Made by a program: the position numbers and the translations under genes
Assembly: GCA_038087875.1 (NCBI GenBank)
Contig: CM075988.1
Span: forward strand, 372,001-436,000
DNA length: 64,000 bases
Origin: Malacoraja senta
Lineage: Eukaryota
Reading direction: 5' to 3'
In this document: positions 1 through 11,396 of the stretch, one piece after another
Numbering within the stretch: position 1 is the stretch's first letter
Layout: each line of letters begins with the position of its first letter
Notes under the pieces: generated by a model
Told to the model about the DNA's origin: nothing
The model's input: only the letters and a program-made list of their open reading frames with translations
Database searches by the model: none

Positions 1-204
1 CTGACAACTTTTTCGACTTCAAAAGCACACTTTTACCCCACTGTTGCCGCATTGTAGATCAACGGATAAAATTAATCCAGAAAAGTCCCAGAGGGACATG
101 GGCCAAAAGTGGGCAGGTGGGACTAGTGTAGATGGGACATGTTGGGCAGTGTGAGCATGTTGGGCCTGTTTCCACGCTGAATCACTCTACGGAAAATGCT
201 GCCA

Positions 205-668
205 AAACTCAACAGGTCCCACATTTGACTTTGCTACTCTTTTTCCCTCAACATATCTAAATAAGCTTTTACTGTCCTTCTTTATATTCCTGGCTAGGTT
301 CCCTTCATACTTCTGCCCGTATTGCCCGTTTTGTTTCCTTCTGTTCTATGAAAGTTTTCCAATCCTCTGGCTTCCAGCTACTCTTTGCCGTGTTATACAT
401 CTTTTCTTTTAGTTTTATTCTATCCCTAACTTCTCTTGTCAGCCACGGTTGCCTCCTACTCCCCTTAGAATCTTTCTTCCTTTTTGGAATTAAATGATCC
501 TGCGTCTTCCGGATTATGCCCAGAAATTCCTGCCATTGCTGTTCCACCGTCATTCCTGCTAGGATCCCTTTCCAGTCTACCTTGGCCAGCTCACCTCTCA
601 TGCCTTCATAGTCCCCTTTGTTCAACTGCATCACCGACACTTCCGATTTAACCTTCTCCTTCTCAAAT
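205..668 (-). mobile_element. CR1 LINE fragment (ORF2 region between endonuclease and RT)
   Basis: ORF 305-640 reads DYEGMRGELAKVDW...PWLTREVRDRIKLKEKMY, typical of the CR1 ORF2 tether. Confidence 0.85.
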
Positions 669-671
669 TGC

Positions 672-1088
672 AGAGTAGACTGGGTCTGTATTCCATGGAG
701 CGCAGGAGGATGAGTGGGATCTTATAGAGGTGTATAAAATCATGAGAGGAATAGATCGGGTAGATGCACAGAATCTCTTGCCCAGAGTAGGGGAATCGAA
801 CACCAGAGGACATAGGTTCAAGGTGAAGGGCAAAAGAATTAATAGGAATCTGAGGGTAACATTTTCACACAAAGGGTGGTGGGTGTATGGACAAGTTGCC
901 AGAGGAGGTAGTTGAGGCAGGGACTATCCCAACGTTTAAGAAACAGTTAGACAGGTACATGGATAGGACAGGTTTGGAGCGATATAGACCAAGCGCAGGC
1001 AGGTAGGACTAATGTAGCTGGGACATGTTGGCCGGTATGGGCGTTGGGCCGAAGGGCCTGTTTCCACGCTGTATCACTCTATAACTCT
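672..1088 (+). mobile_element. CR1 LINE 3' end
   Basis: YKIMRGIDRVD...TRGHRFK C-terminus; 3'UTR GGGCCGAAGGGCCTGTTTCC and short tandem tail. Confidence 0.85.
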
Positions 1089-1139
1089 TCCAACAATACC
1101 CTTTTTATATTTCAGATTTGCTACATCTTAGTTTGGTTC

Positions 1140-1402
1140 GAAGATAGTGTAGAAATGGGCCCTACCACCTATTGAGTCCACGGCGACTATTGACCAGCCG
1201 TTCATACTAGTTCTCTATTATCCCACTTTCCAACCTACTCCCCATACACTAGAGGTAATTTACAGAGGGCCAATTAACCTACAAACCCGCATGTCGTTGG
1301 ATTCTTGAGGCAAACCGCAGCACTCGAAATAAATCCACGGGGTCACAGGGAGAGCGGCAAAATTAAAAGTCAGGACCCGAGATCAGGATGAAACCCGTGT
1401 CT
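1140..1402 (-). mobile_element. tRNA-derived HE1/V-SINE-like SINE, degraded
   Basis: Similar to copies at 2910-3205 and 16931-17205 (AATTAACCTACAAACC...GGTCACAGGGAG); degenerate B-box near 1385-1397. Confidence 0.65.
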
Positions 1403-1701
1403 GTTAAACAAAGTTATCATTTATTGTTGAAACCACGTCATCAGACAAAGGATCGTGACCTGAAACGTTTACTTTGTTAATCTTGCCTCAGATGCTGCCT
1501 GGCCTTTTTATATTTTTCTATCTTTTTCATTCCCTTCTCTGAACACAAGTTGATTGAACGCAGCTGCTTTGCGCGTACTTTAGTTCCTCCGGATCGAGAC
1601 GGTGACAAGAGGCACATAGAGCCTGTGGCAAAGGTGTTCAATTCAGGCTCGGTATCGGAAAGTGATGAAGATGCCCCGACCTCTTACAATCTGGCACGTA
1701 C

Positions 1702-1788
1702 CGCAGTCTCTGTATTTTACAGTCGGTGTTCCTCAGAGCCGCAGACACCACCTTCACTCCAGAGTCTCCCAGTTTATTGTTCTCCAAT
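1702..1788 (-). CDS. NLR exon: single 29-aa ribonuclease-inhibitor-type LRR
   Basis: 87 nt, phase 2/2, bounded by ttctgtttag and gtacgt; encodes LENNKLGDSGVKVVSAALRNTDCKIQRL. Confidence 0.85.
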
Positions 1789-1877
1789 CTAAACAGAAGC
1801 AGAGTGAGAATCTGATTTAGACCCCCAGCCCCAACAGAACTCTCCCACTTGGACGATAACATTTATAATCTCGTGTC

Positions 1878-2040
1878 GGAAGGAACTGCAGATGCTGGTT
1901 TAAACCGTAGACACAAAAAGCTGGAGTAACTCAATGGGACAGGCAGCATCTCTGGAGAGAAGGAATGGGTGACGGTTCGGGCCGAGACCCTCTTCAGACT
2001 GGAGAAGGGTCACAACCCAAAACGTCATCCGTTTCCCCAG
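1878..2040. mobile_element. Penelope terminal-repeat (pLTR)-derived short element, head-to-head pair
   Basis: GGAACTGCAGATGCTGG...GGAGTAACTCA...GGCAGCATCTCTGGAG...CTTCAGACT, followed by an inverted copy; same motif ends the GIY-YIG Penelope at 8.3 kb. Confidence 0.7.
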
Positions 2041-2909
2041 GGTGAACTGATGCTCTCACGCCATAATCTTCACGTCCGGCACATCAGATTCATCCGTGTC
2101 ATACTTTGGGTGAATCACTTTGGAAAAAGGCATCAGCTGTTAAACATTCCCGCTGGGTTTAAGGGACTCCCAGTGGAATTTCCCAGCATCAAATTCTAAA
2201 TTTCCCCGAGTCCCGAGATTTGTGAGTATCTGGTGCAGCGGATACTCTGGGTGTGGCCAGTCCACCTGAATAGGCCAGTTTTTGTACATTCCCTGGGCGA
2301 GCGGTTCCTCATATACAGGGTACAAGTGACAGGAAATACAGTCCTGTTTACCCAGCTACTCGGGAAGGCACGGAGTGTTTATCTGCTCCCGGGATAAACT
2401 CCCTTGCTCAGTGTCATTTCCTACCAAACATTGGTGCTCTGTACAATTGGTTGATGGTCTGGTCCTTAATCTGAGAACGTTGAAGCCAGAGATGAGGAGC
2501 CGATGGGTGGGTGGGTGAGTTGGGTTGTGTGATGAGCTGTACCCTTACTGACTGGAGGTAACGTTCAACCCTCGTGGAGAGCTGAGCTCGTCCACTGCCA
2601 GTTGACTGTCCAACATGAACCATTCTGCTGAATCGAGCCACCTCCTCAGACTGAAGGTGGGCTGGTTGGACACACCGGCCGCAGATAATGCCAGTCGAAC
2701 TGCAGTAACGGTGAAAAGAAGCCTCGCCAATGGAAATGCCGGAGGCAGAGAAACACAGATATTAAAATGTTTCTTTTATAAAGAACTCTATAATTATCTT
2801 ATCGGGAACTAACCAATATGACCTTCACTGGGAGCAGCAGTCATTGGGAAGATACTGGCCGGGCCTCTGGTTATTGGGAACTGCTGAGTTGAATCAGTTT
2901 TGAAACAGA

Positions 2910-3205
2910 TTAGTTTAGTTTGGTTTAGTTAAGAGATACAGTGTGAAATCAGGCCCTTCGGCCAACCAAGTCCGCGCCGACCAGCGATCCCGCACACTAA
3001 CACTATCCTGCACACGTTAGAGACTATTTATAATGATACCAAGCTAATTAACCTACAAACCTGTACATCTTTGGTGTGTGGGAGGAAACCGGATCAACCA
3101 GAGAAAACCCACGCGGTCACAGGGAAAACGTGAGAATGTCTCCAGCACCCGTAATCAGGAAATCAGGATCGAACTCGGGTGTCTAGTGCTGTGAGGTAAA
3201 ACCAA
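2910..3205 (-). mobile_element. HE1/V-SINE-like SINE
   Basis: B-box-like GAGTTCGATCC on minus strand (about 3166-3176), central core, CR1-like 3' end and (CTAAA)n tail. Confidence 0.75.
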
Positions 3206-3215
3206 TGAAACTTAC

Positions 3216-4941
3216 CCCAAATCCTGGCAAAGGTGCAGCTGGCGTTGCAACCGCTGGAGGCCTTCACACTGAATATTACAGCTGCGGAGATCCATGTATT
3301 TGATTGTATCACAGAGAGCAATGATATGCGACAGGATCTCGCAGTCAATCGGTGTCAGTCGCACTCCACGAAATGAAAGTGTCTCCATTGATCCCAGTGT
3401 GGCCTGAGCCAGTGCAGTATTCTGAGACTCAGACAGGTAGTGTAATGTGTTCAAGAGACTCCTTTTACCAGCTTTACTTCCTGTGTTTCCAATCTGACAC
3501 TTCACAACCTCCATCATCCAGGTAATCACTCGGCACGTTGTTTCTTGAGGAAATGGACCCAGAAACTCCTCCAGGTTCCCAGAAGACTCTGGAGAGGAGA
3601 GACCAGCGACAAAACGGAGAAATACCTCAAATCTCCCATCTGTGGTGCTGTAGATTTCAGTCAGGAATTTCACCATATCCCCAGAATCTGGAGTCAGGAA
3701 TTGTGCGATGGCCGCTACAAACTCTTGGATGCTGAGGTGTGGGAAGGTGTACACCACGCTCGGGCCAGAACACTCTCTCTGCAAGAGTTTCATCAAGAAC
3801 TGGGAAGGCTGCAGATTGTATTTGATCAAATCTCCATCTGTGAACACTATGACCTGCTCAGACACTGCCGTCAAGGCCATCTGACCAACTCTATGTAACA
3901 CGTCACGGGGGCTCTCAGTTTCACAACTGTGTGCTCTTAGGATGTTGTAAGTGTAGCAAGAATATAGTTGGGTGATGGTCTTGGGAATTTGCTGTTGGTC
4001 CCCGTGTCCTTGTGTGAAGAAGGGGCCCAGTGTCAGGCCAAGGATCCAGCAGTAGGAGGGGTTGTAGGTCATGGTGTACAGGATCTCGTTCTCCTTCACG
4101 TGATTGAAAACAGCTGCTGCCACCGTCTGATCTTCAAAAAGCCTGTTGAAATATTCTCTCCTTTCACCATCAACCAATCCCAGTATTTCTATCCACACAC
4201 TGATCTCTGCCTTTTCCAATAAATGTATTGCGGTGGGGCGGGATGTCACGAGCACTGAACACTCTGGGAGCAGCTTGTGTTGGATTAAACTGAATACAAT
4301 CGCAGACACCTCGCAAGAGAATTTGGGATCTGTGCACATGTGCTGAGGTTCTGTGTCTTCCTGACGGCGAACAAAACCAACTGTGTCCTTGAATTCATCC
4401 AAACCATCGAATATAAACAGCAACCACTCTGGATTTTCCCACAGCTTTTCCAGAATATTACTCAAGTAGGGATACTGATGCAGAATCATATCCGTCAAGC
4501 TTAAACTACAGTCAATAAGGTTTAAATCCCGAAAGTTGAATCGGAAGACAAACTGGAACTGTTGGAATATTTTGCCTGTGGCCCAGTTATAAACAATCTT
4601 TTGCACCATTGTAGTTTTGCCGACTCCTGCAACACCCGCCAGGGCAGATGAAATCCCAGATTTGTGTTGATTCTGGAAAAAGCTGCTCTGGAACAATTGA
4701 TCAATCTGGATTTTTTTTGATATTCCAGGGAGACTTTTCTCTCTCCAGTCGTCATGGTCCTCACTTCCTGCCAGCATCTCATGTCCCACCAGTCTCCGAT
4801 CTCGAACAGTGGAAATGACCGTGAGCTCAGCGTATTTATCAATCAGCTGCAAAACCTTGACATTGCCATTTCTCAGGACAATGCTGACGTTAAGCTTCTC
4901 CGTCTGCACTCGCAGTGTTTCCCTGTGTTTCTGTTGGGCAT
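3216..4941 (-). CDS. NLR main exon: FISNA-like region, NACHT NTPase, helical domains and first LRRs
   Basis: Open frame with Walker A GVAGVGKT, Walker B LFIFDGLDE, VTSRP and FPHLSIQEFVAA; acceptor aataaag before 4941 (phase 1), donor gtaag after 3216 (phase 2). Confidence 0.93.
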
Positions 4942-5091
4942 CTTTATTTGAAAAAATGGTACATCTTCTGAAGCATAATTTGACAATCTCTGTAATTACG
5001 CTTTCCCTGCTATCTTAACTGAACTGATATATTTTACACTGCTTTCATATGCGTGGCGGATTCGATTCCAGAACACAACTTGAATGTATAC

Positions 5092-6150
5092 ACAACGGGT
5101 CCTTTTCAGAATGGCAGGCAGTGGCGAGTGGAGTGCCGCAAGGCTCGGTGTTGGGGCCGCAACTGTTTACCATATATATTAATGATTTGGAAGAGGGAAT
5201 TAGGAGCAACACTAGCAAGTTTGCGGATGACACAAAGATGGGTGGCAGTGTGAACTGTGAAGAGGATGTTAGGAGGTTGCAGGGTGACCTGGACAGGTTG
5301 AGTGAGTGGGCAGATGTGTGGCAGATGCAGTATAATATAGATAAATGTGAGGTTATCCACTTTGGTGGCAAAAACAAGGGGGCAGATTATTATCTCAATG
5401 GGGTTAGGTTAGGTAAGGGGGAGGTACAGCGAGACCTGGGTGTCCTTGTACACTGGTCACTGAAAGAGCGTGCAGGTACAGTAGGCAGTGAAGAAAGCTA
5501 ATGGAATGTTGGCCTTCATAACAAGAGGATTTCAGTATAGGAGTAGAGAGGTTCTTCTGCAGTTGTATAGGGCTCTGGTAAGACCACATCTGGAGTATTG
5601 CGTACAGTTTTGGTCTCCTAATTTGAGGAAGGACATCCTTGTGATTGAGGCAATGCAGCGTAGGTTCACGAGATTGATCCCTGGGATGGCGGGACTGTCA
5701 TATGAGGAAAGATTGAAAAGACTTAGGTTTGTATTCACTGGAGTTTAGAAGGATGAGGGGGATCTTATAGAAACATATAAAATTATAAAAGGACTGGACA
5801 AGCTAGATGCAGCAAAAATGTTCCCAATGTTGGGCGAGTCCAGAACCAGAGGCCACAGTCTTAGAATAAAGGGGAGGTCATTTAAGGCTGAGGTGAGAAA
5901 AAACATTTTCACCCAGAGAGTTGTGAATTTGTGGAATTCCTTGCCACAGAGGGCAGTGGAGGCCAAATCACTGGATGGATTTAAGAGAGAGTTAGAAAGA
6001 GCTCTCGGGGCTAGTGGAAACAAGGGATATGGGGAGAAGGCAGGCACGGGTTATTGATTGGGGACGATCAGCCATGATCGCAATGAATGGCGGTGCTGGC
6101 TCGAAGGGCCGAATGACCTCCTCCTGCACCTATTTTCTATGTTTCTATGT
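5092..6150 (+). mobile_element. 5'-truncated CR1 LINE in NLR intron
   Basis: [15 protein letters not shown] and [15 protein letters not shown] motifs with frameshifts; (CTATGTTT) tail. Confidence 0.92.
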
Positions 6151-6522
6151 ATATCGTCCCAAATTCGGGCGGCCGTGTAATGAAGCAGGCAAGTTCTGTT
6201 CACCCGACCTCCCTGTCCTCGAATGTACATGAGCTTTGGAAGAGTTTATTCATCATCCTAGTCCACCCACAGCCGCTACTGTGTCCGTCCCCTCACTCAA
6301 CATCACTACGCTCCTCTAATTGAGCCACTGGTTGCCTGCCGTGTCCTCTGGTTTTCATGGACTCACGCGGGATGTCACTCCCACCTCAGTTGCCAGATAT
6401 CATTTGCGTGAGTGTTTCAGGCAGGCAGTATCTCTGTTGCATTGATTACACCAGGTGATGACGAATGTGAATTGAATGGACCGTTGTCGTTTAGACGTTG
6501 AATCCGTTACCTGGGGTTTCAC

Positions 6523-6582
6523 CTGCTCTTCCATACAATGGGAAATTGTTGCTATTACTATACGTCGGGAACCTCGAGTCAC
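6523..6582 (-). CDS. Candidate NLR linker exon (60 nt)
   Basis: tgtgttcag acceptor and gtgaaa donor; phase 1/1 open frame GDSRFPTYSNSNNFPLYGRA. Confidence 0.5.
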
Positions 6583-6928
6583 CTGAACACAGGTAAATAA
6601 AACAGGTGGTAATGGTGGAATTTATTTGGATGGGTGGGAGTACGAGGGTTTACTGACATGATTTTATTGACTAGTAACATAAGGCGAGTGGTTGGTCATA
6701 TTCTGGACTCTCCTCCATTTTCAATCTACCTTTGCCATTGAAAAACAGTTCTATTCCTTACCTTGCAGCGCCCAGCCAATCTCGGGTGAACCTCCTGCCA
6801 TTTTTAAACGGGGAAGTTGCATAAAACCTGTTAAATGATTTCTCATTAATGAAAATGTCCATGTATGTTTTTGTCTAATATGCAATGATTGAATCTAAAA
6901 CTGAAATCAACTTCTGAAATGAGCTCAC

Positions 6929-7100
6929 CTGCTTCCCCTATTTCTTTTAGTATTTTGATCAACATTGGGTCCATGTTTTGTATTTGCACAAAGGTTTCCC
7001 ACATCACTCTCCGAGCCCGGGAACCTTTCTCCATCACTAGGTTCAGGAGAAGTTTGGAGCTGTCCATTCGGTCTCCCTTGCCAGCGAGCTCAGCAACTCT
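6929..7100 (-). CDS. NLR exon: second half of CARD-like death fold
   Basis: cttttggcag acceptor and gtgagc donor; phase 0/1; encodes SSKLLLNLVMEKGSRARRVMWETF...DPMLIKIL. Confidence 0.85.
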
Positions 7101-7350
7101 CTGCCAAAAGAAACAGTGGATATTTCTAAGCACTGACAGATTCACACAGACAGTGAGCAGGATACGACCTTCTCTATGAAGGGATCCATCCCCTTGTTGA
7201 TCTGGGCATAGTGATGACTCACCTGGCAGGGTGCTGATCTTGTCTGACCATGAGTTGTACATTGTGGGAGCAGAGAACAGTGAAGTACATTCACTTGTGG
7301 TTCCTGCAATGTTGGAATATTCCAAACTCACCCAGTCTGCTGGCACTCAC

Positions 7351-7517
7351 CCGATGCTCCCGTTCACTGAAATGCCCCTGGGATGTTAATGCCAAGCTGA
7401 TTCCATGCACCCCTCTTTCCATTGCCTTTTCCAGCCGGTTTCGGTAAATGGTCATCAAGTGGAACAATTTGAAATCATCCAAGTTGGTCAAGAGCTGAGA
7501 AACAGCAGCGGATGAAT
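7351..7517 (-). CDS. NLR exon: first half of CARD-like death fold
   Basis: tttcacag acceptor and gtgagt donor; phase 1/0; encodes SSAAVSQLLTNLDDFKLFHLMTIYRNRLEKAMERGV...HFSEREHR. Confidence 0.82.
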
Positions 7518-7889
7518 CTGTGAAAGGAAATGAAGAAAATGAAACACAACATGGACCTCCAAACTGACTCAACCATTCACTCAGGTATCAAACGACAAAC
7601 CTCCTTGCGCCATATCATGAAAGCCAAGCTGATAACCACATGCAGCACATTGTCTTGTTTCAGTGATGCACAGCCTATGATCTTCACAAAGCCTCATTCT
7701 ATATATCCATTACCACTTGTCATAACGTCCTCGAGCTGCACACCACAAAAACAGACCCTTCTCATCCATGTTGACGAAGATGCCTTATTTAAGTTTGTTC
7801 CAAAGGGCACATCTCCCTATCCATGTACTTTATCTGCAGACAACCCATTCTAGCCTTTCTACGATCATTTTCTTTGTTACCTTCATGTG

Positions 7890-8075
7890 CAGAAAGGAAC
7901 TGCAGATGCTGGTTTACGCCGAGGACAGATACAAAATGTTGGAGTAACTCAGCGGGTCAGGCAGCATCTCTGGAGAAAAGGAAGAGATGAGGTTTCGCAT
8001 CAAGAGCTTTCTTCAGAGTGAAGAGTGAAGAGATGCTGTCAGACCCGCTGAGTTACTCCAGTATTTTGTGTCTAC
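7890..8075. mobile_element. Penelope pLTR-derived inverted pair
   Basis: Same consensus as 1878-2040, with an inverted partial copy at 8030-8075. Confidence 0.65.
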
Positions 8076-8291
8076 CTGTCACCAGCCTCATCTGGAATCA
8101 CCTCGTTCAGCACCTGCCGTGCAACGCACCGACTGTTGGTCTCTTGTTAGCCACGTGACCCTTTGCTGCTTGGAGCTGAAATTAACACAAGTGAAAGGCT
8201 AGCAGAAGCGAACATGACTGTGGTAGGTAACAAACCCAGTTCCCTGCTGTTCACGGCGACCAAAATCCTCCCATCTATTCTTATCTTTTCT

Positions 8292-9345
8292 ACGTGGACA
8301 AAAATGCTGGAGAATCTCAGCGGGTGAGGCAGCATCTATGGAGCGAAGGAAATAGGCAGCGTTTCGGGTCGAGACCCTTCTTCAGACTGATGTGGGGGTG
8401 GGAAGAAAGGAAGAGGCCGAGACAGGGGGCTGTGGGAGAGCTGGGAAGGGGAGGGGAAAGAAGAGGAAAGCAGGGACTACCTGAAATTGGAAAAGTCAAT
8501 ATTCATACCGCTGGAGTGTAAACTACCCAAGCAAAATATGAGGTGCTGCTCCAATTTACAGTGGGCCTCACTCTGGCCATGAAGGAGTCCCAGTACAGAA
8601 AGGTCGGATTCAGAATGGGAGGGGGAGTTGAAGTGGTGAGTCATCGGGAGATCAGGTTGGTTATTGCGAACCGAGCGGAGATGTTAGGCGAAGCGATCGC
8701 CAACCCTGCACTTGGTCTCACCAATGTAGAGCAGCTGACACCTAGAGCAGCAGATGCAATAGATGAGGTTGGAGGAGGTGCAGGTGAACCTCTGCCGCAC
8801 CTGGAAAGACTGCTTGGATCCTTGAATGGAGTCAAATGGGTAGGTAAAGTGACAAGTGTAGCATTTCCTGTGGTTGCAAGGGAAAGTGCCAGGAGAGGGG
8901 GTGGTTTGGGTGGGAAGGGACGAATTGACCAGGGAGTTACAGAGGAAGCGGTCTCTGTGGAAAACCGAAAGGGGAGGAGATGGGAAGATGTGGCCAGTGG
9001 TGGGATCCCCCGTTGGAGGTGGCGTAAATGTCGGAGGATTATATGTTGTATGTGATGGCTGGTAGGGTGGAAGATGAGGACAAGGGGGACTCTGCCCTTG
9101 TTACGAGTGGGGGGGATGGGGAGTGAGAGCAGAGTCACGGGGTATACAAGAGACCCTGGTGAGAGCCTCATCTATAGTAGAAGAGGGGAACCCCGTTCCC
9201 TGAAGAATGAGGACATCTCCGATGCCCTGGTGTGGAACACCTCATCCTGGTTGCAGCTGCGGCGTAGACGGAGGAGTTGGGAGTAGGGGATGGAGTCCTT
9301 ACAGGAAGCGGGGTGGGAAGAAGTGTAGTCCAGATAGCCATGGGA
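8292..9345 (-). mobile_element. Penelope-like element fragment (RT thumb, GIY-YIG endonuclease, pLTR)
   Basis: YLDYTSSHPASCKDSIPYSQ, RVPLVLIFHP, NLIYCICC...LYIGET and GMNIDFSN across frameshifts. Confidence 0.9.
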
Positions 9346-9379
9346 TTTTATCTTTTCTTCGTGTGACTTAAGAGCCAAC

Positions 9380-9830
9380 AATGATCTCTAAAGTAGCAAC
9401 TGAAGTAGAGAGTGGCAATGATTCACAGGATGCTATGAAATTGGTTGCAGCTATTTGACTGGATAGACAAAGTTTCATGGTCTTGAAAAGGTGGAGACTG
9501 ATGGGGACCTGACTGAAGTTTACAAAACCATGAACAACTTGTTATGGTAGTTAGCGAGAAACTGCCAGCATCCTGCTCGCAACTGAGCAGAGGTTTGAGA
9601 TATGGTTGGGATGATTAAAGAGGACTTGAGGATAAATACCATGCAACAATTAGTTGTGATCTGGATTTCAGTAGGTGCGAGCCCATTGGAGACATTGAAG
9701 AAAGAAGTCTACAAGCATTTGAATTGACAATACGTACAACATTACAGGCAAAGTGCTGGCAAATGGGAGTAGTGTCGACAGGTGTTTGGAATGTGCAGGT
9801 CAGACCAAACCTTCTGCTTCTGTGTTATAT
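9380..9830 (+). mobile_element. Old degraded CR1 3' end
   Basis: Remnant R(L)MGDLTEVYK motif and CR1-like 3'UTR. Confidence 0.55.
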
Positions 9831-10211
9831 GACGACAAGTTTCACAATGTTCTCAAGGTGGAGTGTGAGCAGCCGGTTGTGCGGGTTTACACACATGACA
9901 CAGCTGGGAATATGGATGAGGTCCTATAGGGTCAATACAGGCAGTGAGATTAAATCTAGGACCTCAATCTCTGGATTGCCATTCGATGCACGTGGCTGAG
10001 GAGCTGGTGCAGGGAACAGTTCTGAATGTTGGACTATTGGGATCATGTCTGAGCACAGCTGTCCTTTAGAAGAGAGGAGGATTGTACAGGAATTGGAGGT
10101 GGACCACAATCATTGAAGGGACATTCACCAGTGCTACTCAGGAGCATTGAAATTAGAGTGGCTGCTGAGAGAATCAGTGTATTATGACCGCAAATGGCAG
10201 AAGTGATGGGA

Positions 10212-10366
10212 GAGTACACGTGAATACAGGTCAGTACAGGTGAGTACAGGTGAGTACAGGTTAATAAAGGTGAGTGCAGGTGAGTACAGGTGAATGCAGG
10301 TGAATGCAGGTGAGTGCAGGTGAGTACATGTGAGTACAGGTGAGTACAGGTGAGTACAGGTGAACA
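10212..10366 (+). repeat. 10-bp tandem repeat (CAGGTGAGTA), about 15 copies
   Basis: Read directly from sequence. Confidence 0.9.
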
Positions 10367-10454
10367 CCAGCAAGCCTCAAAGCAAAAATCGGCAGGGAGA
10401 AGTTAAGCAATATGGTGATGCTGATAGGCTGGTTATTTCAAAAAAAGTATAATG

Positions 10455-11396
10455 GAAAGAGGGAGGGGGGGGAAGAGAGGGGGAGAGAGAGAAGGGGAGA
10501 GAGAGAGAGGGGAGAGAGAGGGGGAGAGAGAGAGGGGGAGAGAGGAGAGAGAGAGGGGCATAGAGAGAGGGAGAGAGGGGGAACTGGGGGAGAGACGGGG
10601 AGAGGGATAGGGGGAGAGAGAGGGAGGGGGGAAAGAAGGAGGGGGAAAGAAAGGGAGAGACAGGGAGGGTGAGGGAGAGGGAAAGGGGAGGGAGGTAGAG
10701 AGAGAGAGAGGGGTGGGAGAGGGGGGAGAGAGAGAAGAGTAGGAAGAGGGGGGAGATGGGGGCAGAGGGGATGGAGAGAAAAAAAGAAGGAGGTGGAGAG
10801 AGAGGGGGGGGAGAAAGAGAGAGGGCAAGAGAGAGGGGGAGAGAGGGAGAGAGAGAGAGAGGGAGAAATGGGGAGTGGGGAGAGAGGAAAGAGAGAGATA
10901 GTGAGAGAGACACGAGAGGGGAGGGGAGAGGGAGAGAGAAAGGGGAAGGGAGAGAGCAAGATAGTGGGGAGAGGGCAAGAGGGAGAGGGGGGAGAGGGAG
11001 AGAGAGAGGGAGAGAGGTGAGAGAGAGGGGGGAGAGATGAGAGGGGAGGAGAGAGCGAGAGAGATAGAGAGAGGGGAGAGAAAGAGAGAAGGGGAGGAGA
11101 GAGGAGGGAGACAAGGGGGAGATGGAGAGAGGGGGAGAGACAAAAAGGAGGGGTAGAGAGCGTGTGTGGGGAGGGAGAGGGGAGAGAGGGGGACAGAGAG
11201 AGAGAAGGGAGAGACAGAAGGGGGAGAGAGAGGGTGGAGAGAGAGGGGGGGAGAGAGACAGATGGGGGAGAAAGAGGGGGGAGAGGGAGAGGTGGTGAGA
11301 GAAAGGGAGAGAGGGAGAGAGGGAGGGAGAGGGAGAGAGAGGGGGAGAGGGGGAAGAGAGAGTGGGGGGAGAGGGCAAGAGAGAGAGGGGGAGAGA
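10455..11396 (+). repeat. GA-rich polypurine low-complexity tract (others at 13115-13680, 26855-27185, 36015-36355; CT-rich tracts at 58715-58860, 59400-59680, 63670-63870)
   Basis: Read directly; source of the spurious Leu/Ser/Pro and Glu/Arg/Gly ORFs. Confidence 0.95.

Noticed and set aside
2163..2184. NF-kB-like sites GGGACTCCC and GGAATTTCCC in the NLR intron
   Set aside because: Short motifs expected by chance, with no promoter context
8076..8175. Additional NLR exon (ttaatttcag acceptor; ATG at 8091)
   Set aside because: Stop in the phase-1 frame; the only fitting donor for the ATG is supplied by a pLTR repeat; cannot be supported without cDNA
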